A DNA stretch of 36,938 nt from a virus. Lineage: Duplodnaviria; Caudoviricetes. Below are positions 15,911-25,800 of the stretch, one piece after another; position 1 is the stretch's first letter, and each line of letters opens with the position of its first letter. Both the position numbers and the translations under genes were made by a program. The notes below the pieces were generated by a model, which worked only from the letters and a program-made list of their open reading frames with translations, made no database searches and had not been told where the DNA came from. Location: positions 1-36,938 of the IMG/VR virus record IMGVR_UViG_3300032212_000079, one strand, 5' to 3'.

Positions 15911-18537
15911 GCAATGATTTCTTTAATCATTCTGCCAATAGGGTTCCAACAGGGGTAAGAGCTGTAGCAGCTTTTGATAATAACATTGCCGATGAAATAG
16001 CTGCCGGCTTTGATAAATTGCCAACTGAATCACAGTTAAAGCGAGGCCTAATCAACCTGGGCACCGATACCGGCGCCGCCAATGCTTATGTAGTCGCTCT
16101 GCCTCACGCGCCGACTGCCTACACCGATGCGATGGAGGTGATGTTTTATCCCACAAACAGCAATACCGGCGCAGCAACGGTAAACATTGATGGCCTGGGT
16201 GCCAAGTCAATCAAGCGTGTCGATGGTTCTGATTCTGTTGCTAATGACATGCTAGCAAATAAACTTGTCGGGCTACGGTATAACGCCACTGATAATGTTT
16301 TTTATTTCTACGGTGTTCATCCGCTTCAGCTATCTGCTGGGCCAAAGGGTGAGTTTGCCGGGGTTGCACTGGGTTATGTTTGGTCAACCGATACTGCTGC
16401 ATCGGACCCTGGTGCCAGCAAGCTAAAAGCCAGTAATACCGATCTATCCCTTGCAACAACGTTACGATTTGACGACCTGGATTCAACCGCAAATGACGCG
16501 CAAGCCTTTATCCGTACTTTCGACGATTCAACCAACCCAACAGTAAAGGGGATCTTGAAATTATCGGAAGAGCTGGACGCGACTCGCTATGTGATTTATG
16601 AGGTCACGGCGGTGACTGAACAGGCGGGATATTTCGATGTGGCCGTCACTCATGTGGTTGGTTCAGTCACCAGCTTCGCCACAGGCAAGAGCATTTTGGC
16701 GTCATACTCAAGGAGCGGCGATAAAGGGTTGGGTGAGACTGGCTTCTTGAATGCCAGCATGGCTTTAAACCAGGAATCATCTATCACTTTGACACAATCG
16801 CTTGATGCTATCGGCAAGTTTACGGCCATGGTGACTAAAGAGGTCGCGCAGCTAGGTATTACCAATAACTATTGGGGGATTAATACCGACGATACGCTGT
16901 TCGACCTGCAAGACTCAGCATATACGGTCACGCTAACGCCTTCGAATACAACCGGCGTAGTCACGCTGACGAAGAGTTCTGGCACATGGGCGGCAAGCGA
17001 TGTCGGCAAGCGTGTTGTGGGCAATAGCGGTGAGGCCATTATTTTTGGCACGTCCGGCTCTGCATCGATCAAAGCCGTTGTTATCACTGATTTTGCCGAC
17101 ACCTCGGGGATTGTATCTGGCTCGTGGTATCTGTACGCAGGCTGGTTTGAAGGCGGCAGTTTTCAGCCAAGCAACAGCATAAACGAAAGTTCGCCGTGGG
17201 ACATTGAAAATTTAGCCTACTCAAAACTTAAAGATATCTCTGCACAAACGATTTCGCCTACGGGGGTAGAGTTTGGTGATAGTGATTCAAAGATGTATGT
17301 GGGCGATAGTACCGCTATTTACCAATATTCAGTGACTGGTGGGGAAGTTGATACGGCCTCGTTTGTGACTTCGAAGACTGGATTAGGTTTTGGGGCATTT
17401 ACATTAAGTAATAACGGCACCAAGTTGTATCTTGTGTCAGTAACTGATGTTAAGCAGTACACGCTATCAACCCCATGGGATATTTCAACTGCTACGTATG
17501 ACACAGTACTTTTTGATGCATCTGGTCAAGATACAGTTTTCCGTGGCATAAAATTTAATACAAGCGGCACCAAAATGTATCTGTTGGGTGATGGCGCTAG
17601 TACCGCGCATGTTTACCAATATACATTATCAACAGCCTGGGTTGTTTCCAGCGCGTCTTACGACACGGTTAGCCTGGATTTAACAGGTCAATCCGCACAG
17701 CCTTTCGGCCTGGCATTCAGTGGCGATGGGGTTAAGTTGCTAATACTGAATTATCAGACTGACACAATCCTGCAATATGTACTAACCACAGGATGGGATC
17801 TATCGACTGGCGCGTATGACAATATTAGCAAATCAATCTCGGCTCAAGATACAGTGCCCTATGGCATTGATATTAGTGAAGACGGACTTAAGGTTTATAC
17901 AGTAGGCCAGACAAACGACAATGTGTATCAATATAACTGTAACGCGGTGAAAAAGGCCGCTAAAGACCAGTACATTGCTGCAATCACCAATGCGACCGGC
18001 CAGATAGACACCAATCTATGGACTGATTTCAACTCTATGACGGCCACAGACACGCTTGCTGGGCATCTCGCCTATTACGCCTGGTCTACTGATGGCAGAA
18101 CGACGTTTAATATTGTTGGCAGTGCCGAGACAGCTGAGCGTTCTATCGTGCGGAATAACGCCGGGACATGGGAATATAACTCCAATGTTACATATGGCAG
18201 CACCACCTGGGCCAGTGCGGCTGTAAATAATATCTATGAAGCGTTCTCTGACGCTATGGGCGTTGCGCAAAACCGAATGGATAGCACGGCATTAAACGCC
18301 GTGGCCGATGCGTACTTTCCCGCAATTACAACCACATTTGACTTTGCCCTAGTGGTACGCACCAGCAGCGATGTCGCAGTACCAACTATTGATTCGGTTG
18401 CTATTGACTACGATGGCAACACCCTTACCCAGCAAGCGGTGAATGGTACTGATTATCGACTCGACAATCCAAGCGTTAGCGAAGTCAGGCTCAAGGCGTT
18501 AACGGCTGGGAATTACCGCGTTCAAGTTCATAGGTAG
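15907..18537 (+). CDS. Tail fibre/receptor-binding protein with five beta-propeller-like repeats
   Basis: N-terminal anchor (IAAGFDKLP; NTGAATVNIDGLGAKSI) and five ~50-aa repeats containing GxK[MLV]Y…QY…WD.ST. Confidence 0.8.
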   Translation: MSNDFFNHSANRVPTGVRAVAAFDNNIADEIAAGFDKLPTESQLKRGLINLGTDTGAANAYVVALPHAPTAYTDAMEVMFYPTNSNTGAATVNIDGLGAKSIKRVDGSDSVANDMLANKLVGLRYNATDNVFYFYGVHPLQLSAGPKGEFAGVALGYVWSTDTAASDPGASKLKASNTDLSLATTLRFDDLDSTANDAQAFIRTFDDSTNPTVKGILKLSEELDATRYVIYEVTAVTEQAGYFDVAVTHVVGSVTSFATGKSILASYSRSGDKGLGETGFLNASMALNQESSITLTQSLDAIGKFTAMVTKEVAQLGITNNYWGINTDDTLFDLQDSAYTVTLTPSNTTGVVTLTKSSGTWAASDVGKRVVGNSGEAIIFGTSGSASIKAVVITDFADTSGIVSGSWYLYAGWFEGGSFQPSNSINESSPWDIENLAYSKLKDISAQTISPTGVEFGDSDSKMYVGDSTAIYQYSVTGGEVDTASFVTSKTGLGFGAFTLSNNGTKLYLVSVTDVKQYTLSTPWDISTATYDTVLFDASGQDTVFRGIKFNTSGTKMYLLGDGASTAHVYQYTLSTAWVVSSASYDTVSLDLTGQSAQPFGLAFSGDGVKLLILNYQTDTILQYVLTTGWDLSTGAYDNISKSISAQDTVPYGIDISEDGLKVYTVGQTNDNVYQYNCNAVKKAAKDQYIAAITNATGQIDTNLWTDFNSMTATDTLAGHLAYYAWSTDGRTTFNIVGSAETAERSIVRNNAGTWEYNSNVTYGSTTWASAAVNNIYEAFSDAMGVAQNRMDSTALNAVADAYFPAITTTFDFALVVRTSSDVAVPTIDSVAIDYDGNTLTQQAVNGTDYRLDNPSVSEVRLKALTAGNYRVQVHR

Positions 18538-18542
18538 AAATA

Positions 18543-18716
18543 ATGAAACGATCAAAGGAAGAACTTCAGGCCATTATTGATGCTGATGAAGCCAAGAAAG
18601 AAATTGATGCGATAAAACCATCTGAGCTGCTGGATGTGCTGGAAGCGTCTGGCGTGGCGCTGGCATTGCCAACAAAGGTGAAACAAGCCAATGATAAGCG
18701 TAAAGCTAAACTGTAG
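18543..18716 (+). CDS. Small protein after the tail fibre (57 aa, absent from the ORF track)
   Basis: ATG 18543 to TAG 18716: MKRSKEELQAIIDADEAKKEIDAIKPSELLDVLEASGVALALPTKVKQANDKRKAKL; AGGT upstream; fills the gap exactly. Confidence 0.7.
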   Translation: MKRSKEELQAIIDADEAKKEIDAIKPSELLDVLEASGVALALPTKVKQANDKRKAKL

Positions 18717-18725
18717 GGGGATGTA

Positions 18726-20372
18726 ATGGCTAAGAATGGCTTTGGTAATTACAATGTAAAAATTGACGGTGATGATAGCCTGTTCAGTATTTCAGGCTCC
18801 AATGTTTTAAAGAATGGTCAGCAGATTGGAAGCATTGATGGCGCAGGCAATGTGACATCACCTAATTCTACTAGCAAGTATGAGGTTATTAATGGCTTGG
18901 TGTTCAATGAAGGCAATCAGATAGGCAAGGTTACAGGTAATAGCTCAGTTTATGGCAAAACTGGTTTGATTGATTCAGTTCTGAACCAAAATGGTGTGGC
19001 CTCAATGCCTTCCGCACCAAAGATGGCGACCGGCAAGGCGTCAACATGGGATGCGAAAATACGCCAGGTTAATGACAATGACCTGACATCGACTAACCTG
19101 AATAAGCTGCTGGATTCAAACAGCGGCTATATGAAACGAGCCGGAACGAGAGGCACTCAATATGCCAATAGTCGCGGCCTGGTGAATAGCTCAATGGGTG
19201 CGGAGGCTGCGCAAGCTGCGGCAATTGATGCGGCAGCGCCTATCGCTAATGCAGATGCCAGCACCTATTTCACTCAAGGCACACGCAATCAGGATGCTGA
19301 AAACAGTTCGCGCTCAGAAAATGCAAGGATGGGAACAGAAGTTTCAATGTTCAATGCCGGTGAAACGAACAAGGGCAGTCTGGCCGGATTTGATACCGCC
19401 AGCCGTGGCGCGTTGCAGCGCAATGATGGGATAATTCAAAGCCTACTAAATGAGCAAAGTCATGATTTCAATATGGCTGAACAGGGCGCACGTTTTGGGC
19501 ATGACGAAAATATGCAGGATCGTGGCTTCACTCATGATACAAATATGCAAGAACGTGGATTTACTCATGACGCGACCATGCAGGATGACAGGCAAGCGTA
19601 TGACCAGGCCAGTCAAGGACGGACATTTGAGCATGACAACAACATGCAAGATGATCGGCAAACGTTTGAAGGTGGTCAACAGGCTGATCGTATTGCTAGT
19701 GACAGGGATATTGAGGCAACCAGGCTGCAAGCAAGTAATTTTGATACTCTTTTGGACGGTATTGCTAATATCAATATGCAGGATATGGATGCAACCGAAA
19801 AGGCTGCCGCCATAAAGGTTCTTAACGATAATTGGCTAGCCGGTTCTCCAATTTATTCGGCATTGCAAAATTCGAAGATTGAGAATGGTGAAGTGATTGA
19901 TACAACGCCTGCGCCAACTGAAGCCAGTGATACGGCTGGTGCCGGTGGAGCATCGACAGACCAGCAACAGCCCGGCCAACCACAACAGAACGTAAATGAT
20001 CCATATAGTTATCAGTCAATAGAAAGCATGCCTGTGATGGTGCAGGACTGGTATACCGAAAAACATGGTGATGTTTCCCCACCTGATTTAGTGAGAATTC
20101 AGGGTGTTGTTGACTATGCCAATCTAGAAAGAAAGTTTGGTGATTACATTAAGGAAAATGGAACAATTATCAGCCGCATCACTGGTGCCAAGTTTGATAA
20201 CTATCAAGTGGCGAAGCAGTACAACGATTTTGTTAGAGAAGAATTTAAGAATGGTGACATGGATTTTACTGACGCTGAAATATTCAAGGCTATGACAGGT
20301 GGGGTTGCAACAAACCCAGTTGAGCCTAAAGATGCTGATGAACGGTGGCGGGCGCCATACCGGTATGTCTAG
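18726..20372 (+). CDS. Putative internal virion/ejection protein
   Basis: Asn/Gln/Ala-rich, ANSRGLVNSSM motif, 11-aa repeats; AGGGGG RBS; follows the tail genes. Confidence 0.7.
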   Translation: MAKNGFGNYNVKIDGDDSLFSISGSNVLKNGQQIGSIDGAGNVTSPNSTSKYEVINGLVFNEGNQIGKVTGNSSVYGKTGLIDSVLNQNGVASMPSAPKMATGKASTWDAKIRQVNDNDLTSTNLNKLLDSNSGYMKRAGTRGTQYANSRGLVNSSMGAEAAQAAAIDAAAPIANADASTYFTQGTRNQDAENSSRSENARMGTEVSMFNAGETNKGSLAGFDTASRGALQRNDGIIQSLLNEQSHDFNMAEQGARFGHDENMQDRGFTHDTNMQERGFTHDATMQDDRQAYDQASQGRTFEHDNNMQDDRQTFEGGQQADRIASDRDIEATRLQASNFDTLLDGIANINMQDMDATEKAAAIKVLNDNWLAGSPIYSALQNSKIENGEVIDTTPAPTEASDTAGAGGASTDQQQPGQPQQNVNDPYSYQSIESMPVMVQDWYTEKHGDVSPPDLVRIQGVVDYANLERKFGDYIKENGTIISRITGAKFDNYQVAKQYNDFVREEFKNGDMDFTDAEIFKAMTGGVATNPVEPKDADERWRAPYRYV

Positions 20373-20820
20373 TAATATCAGATGCGCGACGGTTGCTGAC
20401 TCGTTGGAAGTCGCCCGGTTTTTAATGTCGGCGAAGAATGATATCGGCTACTTCTGTGATATTGACCCAGACCAAGACAAGGCGGTTCAGGCATTCGAAA
20501 CATTTGCTGTTAGGCCTGATTATTTCTATTGGGTGATTGAGCGTGACGGCGTGATTAATGGTGTGTTTATTGGTCTGATTGCGCCGATTTGGTGGACATG
20601 GGGCGATATAGCTAATGACTTATTTTTCTACGTTGCCCCTTCAAGTCGTGGCCATGGGTTGAAGTTAATTAATGCCTATATCAATTGGGCGAAAGGGTTT
20701 GATTCTGTGCGCAAAATCTATCTCAACGTCAGCACCGATGATGAGAGGGTTATTAAATTAATTGAGCAGCTCGGTTTTAAGCCGGCTGTAAAAGGGTTTG
20801 TAATGGAGGTGACCAAGTGA
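20365..20820 (+). CDS. GNAT-family acetyltransferase-like protein
   Basis: IRCATVAD N-terminus, FYVAPSSRGHG acetyl-CoA motif, C-terminal LGF. Start set at ATG 20365, overlapping the upstream stop. Confidence 0.8.
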   Translation: MSSNIRCATVADSLEVARFLMSAKNDIGYFCDIDPDQDKAVQAFETFAVRPDYFYWVIERDGVINGVFIGLIAPIWWTWGDIANDLFFYVAPSSRGHGLKLINAYINWAKGFDSVRKIYLNVSTDDERVIKLIEQLGFKPAVKGFVMEVTK

Positions 20821-21443
20821 GTGGACCGCTTATTGTGCCAATTATGAAGTTTGTGGCCACGGCCTATAGCGCCAAGACGGCGGTGGAGGGTATTAAGGAA
20901 CGCAACTTCGGTAAAGCAATTCTTGGTGGGGTTGGTGCCTACATGGGGCTCAATTCTTTAGCCGCGGGCACAGCCGCAGCAGGCGAGCAGGTAGCCGGGC
21001 AAGCGGTAGCAAGCAATGTCGGCAGTGAAGCCGCGATGGATTCCATGAGTAATGCGCTTGCCCCTTCTGTTGCCCCAGCGGTTGAGGCTGGCGCCGTTGA
21101 TGTGGCGACCAATAGTGTTGGCAGTGGTATTGTCGATAGCGGCATGCAGAACCTTTTTAGCAGCCCACCGCCAATCGTATCCACGCCAGTTCAAGCGGCT
21201 GGTGAGGGGATTATTTCTTCTGTTGCCGGGTGGACAAAGGAAAATCCAATGTTGGCTTACGGTGGTATGCAGCTAGCGGGCTCTGCTTTGGCTGGGTCTG
21301 CTCAAGAAGACTTGCAGAATGAGAGGCTTGAAGAACAGCGTAGACTTGAAGAAGAGTCACGAAAACGCCGTAGTTATTGGGCACCGTCTGATCTGGCTGG
21401 AAAGAAGTACAACCCCAGGACTGGGCAATTTGAGCCCGAGTAA
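20817..21443 (+). CDS. Putative internal virion/ejection protein
   Basis: Gly/Ala-rich with hydrophobic segments; GGAGGT RBS and GTG start. Confidence 0.65.
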   Translation: MSGPLIVPIMKFVATAYSAKTAVEGIKERNFGKAILGGVGAYMGLNSLAAGTAAAGEQVAGQAVASNVGSEAAMDSMSNALAPSVAPAVEAGAVDVATNSVGSGIVDSGMQNLFSSPPPIVSTPVQAAGEGIISSVAGWTKENPMLAYGGMQLAGSALAGSAQEDLQNERLEEQRRLEEESRKRRSYWAPSDLAGKKYNPRTGQFEPE

Positions 21444-21464
21444 CGCCGACTAACACACAAAGAT

Positions 21465-21486
21465 AATCCGCTTCGGCGGTTTTTTT
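21465..21486 (+). terminator. Intrinsic terminator with cUUCGg loop
   Basis: CCGC-TTCG-GCGG followed by T7. Confidence 0.85.
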
Positions 21487-21503
21487 ATGCCTGGAGGAAA
21501 GTC

Positions 21504-21971
21504 ATGGCAGGTCTTATCGAATCTGTATCAAATCAATTCACCCCTGAAAAACAAGCCCAAGCCAAGAAAGCATGGCAGATTGGCCGCAACCTGATTTACA
21601 AAGAAAATGTTTTTGATTCCATCATGCAAGAGATGGCGAACAAGCCAGATCAGGCATTGGCTGAGGCTATTGTGATGGTGTTGCGCAAGATCGATACCGA
21701 CATGGGGCGCATGCCAATCGATGTCGCCCTGGCCACAGGCTTGATGCTGTTAAACGACTTGGAGGATGCCATTAACGAGATTAACAAAAAGACTGGTAAT
21801 CCTGAGTTGGCTGATGAGCAGGTTGAACAGGCGCTGGAGTTTGGTGTGCAGATGTATTTGCAAAGCTATGGCGAAGACAACGACAAAGAACAGCTGATGC
21901 AAGGCATGGAAACAATACAGCAGGCCCAGCAGCAGCCACAACAACCACAACAACCACAGCAGGGGGTGTGA
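21504..21971 (+). CDS. Hypothetical virion-associated protein
   Basis: 155-aa helical ORF with a GGAGG RBS and Gln-rich tail. Confidence 0.75.
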   Translation: MAGLIESVSNQFTPEKQAQAKKAWQIGRNLIYKENVFDSIMQEMANKPDQALAEAIVMVLRKIDTDMGRMPIDVALATGLMLLNDLEDAINEINKKTGNPELADEQVEQALEFGVQMYLQSYGEDNDKEQLMQGMETIQQAQQQPQQPQQPQQGV

Positions 21972-21972
21972 T

Positions 21973-22860
21973 ATGGGCAAACTTGGTGTGTTTGGTGGGG
22001 TTGGTCAGGCAATGACTGATATTGGCCGCATGGGTGTGGCGAACGCCTTTCAGTCTGAGCGTGATGCCGCGGCCGAAGACCGGCAAAGTCGTATTGCTGA
22101 GTATTCGCAAAACCTAAGTGATCAGTCTTGGGTTAAACGAAACGACATTACCAGCAAGCAGGGCGCTGCGGCTGCGAGTGCCACAGCAGATGCGCAGAAA
22201 GCCCGAGACCAACAACAGCACGAATATAAGCTGGATGAGATTGAGGCGACTGCCGCGGCTAAAGCGACGACTGGCGGTACCAACAGCAATAAGAAATACC
22301 AGGAAATGCTTGATTTAGGCGTGCCTGAAAAAGCAGCCCGAGGCGTTGCATACGGGACATATAAAACCGTTACCGATCCTGCCACTGGCGCCACTGTATT
22401 GCTTGATGTTGGTGATAACGGCAAAGAGGTTGGCCGAATGGCGCCGGTAGATCCTGGTAAACCGCTTGGCGCACAGCAGTGGCAGCCTGCAGATCAACAG
22501 CCGAGCATTTCTTACGATGATGCCAGGGCACAGTCTAAGCAAGAGGCGAAAGAAAAAGCAGGTTGGTTTAGCACTGACTCATCCGATTTTGGCGAAGAAG
22601 GCCGCAAAGGCTTCATTGAGCGTCGAGCCAAAGAAAGAATGGCTGAAAGCGTAGCTAGAAATAATTCCCAAACCCCAGGTGCGAATAACAACAACCTGTC
22701 TCATACTCAAAATTCAGGCAATGGGATCGTTGATTCTGCGATGAAGCCACAAACACAAGGCATTCCACAGGCGGCTATTGAGATGTTGCGCAAAAATCCC
22801 GGATTAGCTGCACAGTTTGAGCAAAAGTATGGTGTTAGTGCCAGTGGGTACCTCCAATAA
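21973..22860 (+). CDS. Putative ejection protein ending in the shared IP..AI..L..NP.LA.QFE.KYG motif
   Basis: GVFGGVGQAM N-terminus and Ala/Gln-rich coiled coil; its stop overlaps the start of the giant gene. Confidence 0.75.
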   Translation: MGKLGVFGGVGQAMTDIGRMGVANAFQSERDAAAEDRQSRIAEYSQNLSDQSWVKRNDITSKQGAAAASATADAQKARDQQQHEYKLDEIEATAAAKATTGGTNSNKKYQEMLDLGVPEKAARGVAYGTYKTVTDPATGATVLLDVGDNGKEVGRMAPVDPGKPLGAQQWQPADQQPSISYDDARAQSKQEAKEKAGWFSTDSSDFGEEGRKGFIERRAKERMAESVARNNSQTPGANNNNLSHTQNSGNGIVDSAMKPQTQGIPQAAIEMLRKNPGLAAQFEQKYGVSASGYLQ

Positions 22861-25800
22861 TGAAGAATGTCTTTGATCAGTTTGATGCGGCTGCGTCTGT
22901 AAGTGATGTTTCAAATCCTTTTGATCAGTTTGATTCAGTTGAAAACGTAGCGCCTGTTAATAAACAGGATGCTATAGACCTTCATGAACAGTCTGGCGGT
23001 GGTTTGCTTTCGTCCCTGGAGAGGGGGGTTCGCAGGCTGGGCCAGAGTGTTACCAGTGGTATTACTGAACCGTTTGAGCAAATGGTTGAGTCGAGTGTTG
23101 ATGCGCTTGGACTGGGTGATTCCGTCGTTGGTGAAACCATCGGCAAGCGCAAGGATGAAACCCAGGCGCTATTTAAGTCTGAACAGGAAAGGATTAATGC
23201 CTTGCCTGTTCATCCTGCTATGCGTGATGCATATGATGCCGCCAATAACGCCGATGGTTTATGGGATGCCACAAAAGCCTTTGTAAGCGAGATCAATGAT
23301 TCGCCTGATACTTTTGGCGTACTCACCGAGCAGGTAGCAGAACTGGCACCACAGATGCTTACCATTATCTTTGGCGCTAAAGGCATGGATAAGGTGTTGC
23401 CAGCAGCTATTCAGGGAATGACCCGCAGCACGGCTATAATGGGTGGTGCCGGCTTTGCTAGTTCTGTTGCCAATACCTATGGTTCGAACGTAGCTGATGC
23501 GCTTGAGAAAGGAATGGAGTTCGAGCAGGCGCAAGCCAGGGCCGCATTGCAGTCTGCTGCACAGGGTGGTGTAGATGCGTTAACAACAGCGATAGTTCCG
23601 TGGAAGATTGGCCCAAACCAGTTCACCAATATACCTGCCCAGACCATGATTCAGATGGTAGGTGGTGCCACTGGTGAGATTGCCCGGAACAAGGTTGTTG
23701 GCGAAGAAGCCAGCCAAGGTGACATTGTTGCTGAAGGCCTACTTGAAGCACTTGGCCTACCTGGCGATATCGTGGCGGCTATCGCAAGTCGCAAGAAACC
23801 AGTTGTGGATCAGGGGAAGCCTGAGCAGGTGATTGATAAGCCTGTTAGTGATAGCGGTGATGTTCCAAACCCGTTTGATCAGTTTGATGAGGGCGAAGCC
23901 AATGCCCCGGTTACTCCTCCTGCTTCAACCACAACCCCTGCCACAAATATCAATCGTGATGTTGCGCTAGACAGCGCCACGATTGACGCTGATTTAATCC
24001 AGAAGGGCAATGAAGCGCTGAAAGATATACCAACAGGCCGGTTTAACCCTGAAACAGGCGAGATCAGTATGCCTGAAGATCATGTTGGCGGTAACTGGGT
24101 GAAAGATCCGATTGCCGGTGAGATGGTGGCGCCATCAGAAGCGCATAAGCTCGGCCTGAAGCCTGGCGTAGAGAATGTCCTATATGAGCCACAGCTAGAG
24201 CAGGACGAGTATCACCCTGATATGGATCAGGTTGGTTCGCAGATGTATGATCTTGCCGCTGACCTGGAAGAGATTGAACCCGGCCTGGCCATGGCTGTAC
24301 TTGAGCGTGCTGAGCTTTCTGGCGTGGCCGATACCGATGTAATCACAGAGCTGGAGGGAATGATTAATGAACGCACCCCGTTCGCAGAAAAGCATAGTGC
24401 TGCAGCACTTAAACCAGAAGAAACAAAGCGGCCAGCCATTCCGCAGGCGCAACCCGCAACCGAACAACCAGCAGCAACCAAGCCAGAACAACAAGGCTTA
24501 ATCCAATCGGTTATCGATAACAACACCCCTCACGCCTCTGTAGCAGAACCCCAGGAACCTGCGGCGCACCATGAGGGGTTACTTACACCTGAGTCTTTGC
24601 CAGTGGCAGAGACTGCGCAAAGGCCTACACCGAGCCAGTCTGACGAATCGGCGTTTATTCCCACTCATGAAACCTCTGACGGTACCCAGGTACGCGCCTA
24701 TGAAGATGAACCCGGCGCCTGGGAAGATGCCGAGGGCAATATCATTGAGGATGATTATGCGGCTCCAATATCGAATAAAGTTCAGCAACGGCAAACAAGT
24801 GATAGTGGAGAAAAGCCCGCACCGGTTAAAGCCGTTCAGACGGATACTCAAGCTGAACCAGTTGCAGACCCGGTTAAAGATGAGGCGAACCAGCCTAATT
24901 CAGTTCATGCCGAGGCCACACCAGCATTGGGCGCGGGAACTGAAGTGCAGGCGGGAACAGAGAGCCAGGATCAGGGCTTTAAAATCCGCCACCATGGCAA
25001 AAAGTCTGTAGTTGTTGAGGTTGCCGACCAGACTGCTGTTGATGAGGTGCGTGCCAAGCTGGTGAAGGCTGGCATAAAGCTAAAGGGTGTTCACCATAAA
25101 AAGGCCGGCACTCTGCAGTTTGGTAGGGATAAAGAATCTGACATAAGGAAAGCGCTTATGTCGGAAACCAGCGCTGAAACTGACACTTACCCGCTCGGGA
25201 AAACATTTAAAGAAATCTCTAGTAAGTGGCGTCCTGTTGTAAATGAAAAAACAGAGCCCGACGTGGCCCAGCAGCGCCTTATTGATGCCGTTAAGAAAGC
25301 AAGAGAATCCGGGGCCAAATCATATCGAGAGGGCGTTGAGCACGTAAAATCTCAGTTAGGTAGCTATATCCCTGAGAATATAGATATAGGAGTGGATGGG
25401 GGGGCAATCCATTCAGAGGTCGTAGACGCATGGCACTATTTGGATAAGAAAAATTTTAAAAAGGCTAAATTGGAGGCGGCCAAAAAACTTGATCTAAGTG
25501 TTGGCGATAAGATTGGTCGCTTTACCCCGAATACAGGAAAAATGTTGAAGGGGGGTGTTGTAGAAAGCATTAATGACGCTGGTGATTATGTCGTTCTGGC
25601 CGTGGCAGGCAACAGGCGTGTACGCATTACGCTGGATGCAGTGGGACTTGAAGCGGCAATTGATAGGGCTAATCCAGCACCAACTACTAATTCAGCAGAA
25701 GCTGGTAGCAAATTGGTAGATAAGGCCATCCTGCCCCGTAAAGAACAGATGGGGGCGGCATCCAAGAACATTGCCAGGCTGTTACATGATCTTGGCCTGC

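Noticed and set aside
20299-20364. Longer N-terminus for the GNAT gene
   Set aside because: It would overlap the upstream gene by 74 bp; the GNAT-like sequence begins right after ATG 20365.
21919-21962. CAG/CAA/CCA-rich short repeats
   Set aside because: They simply encode a Gln/Pro low-complexity tail and are not an array.
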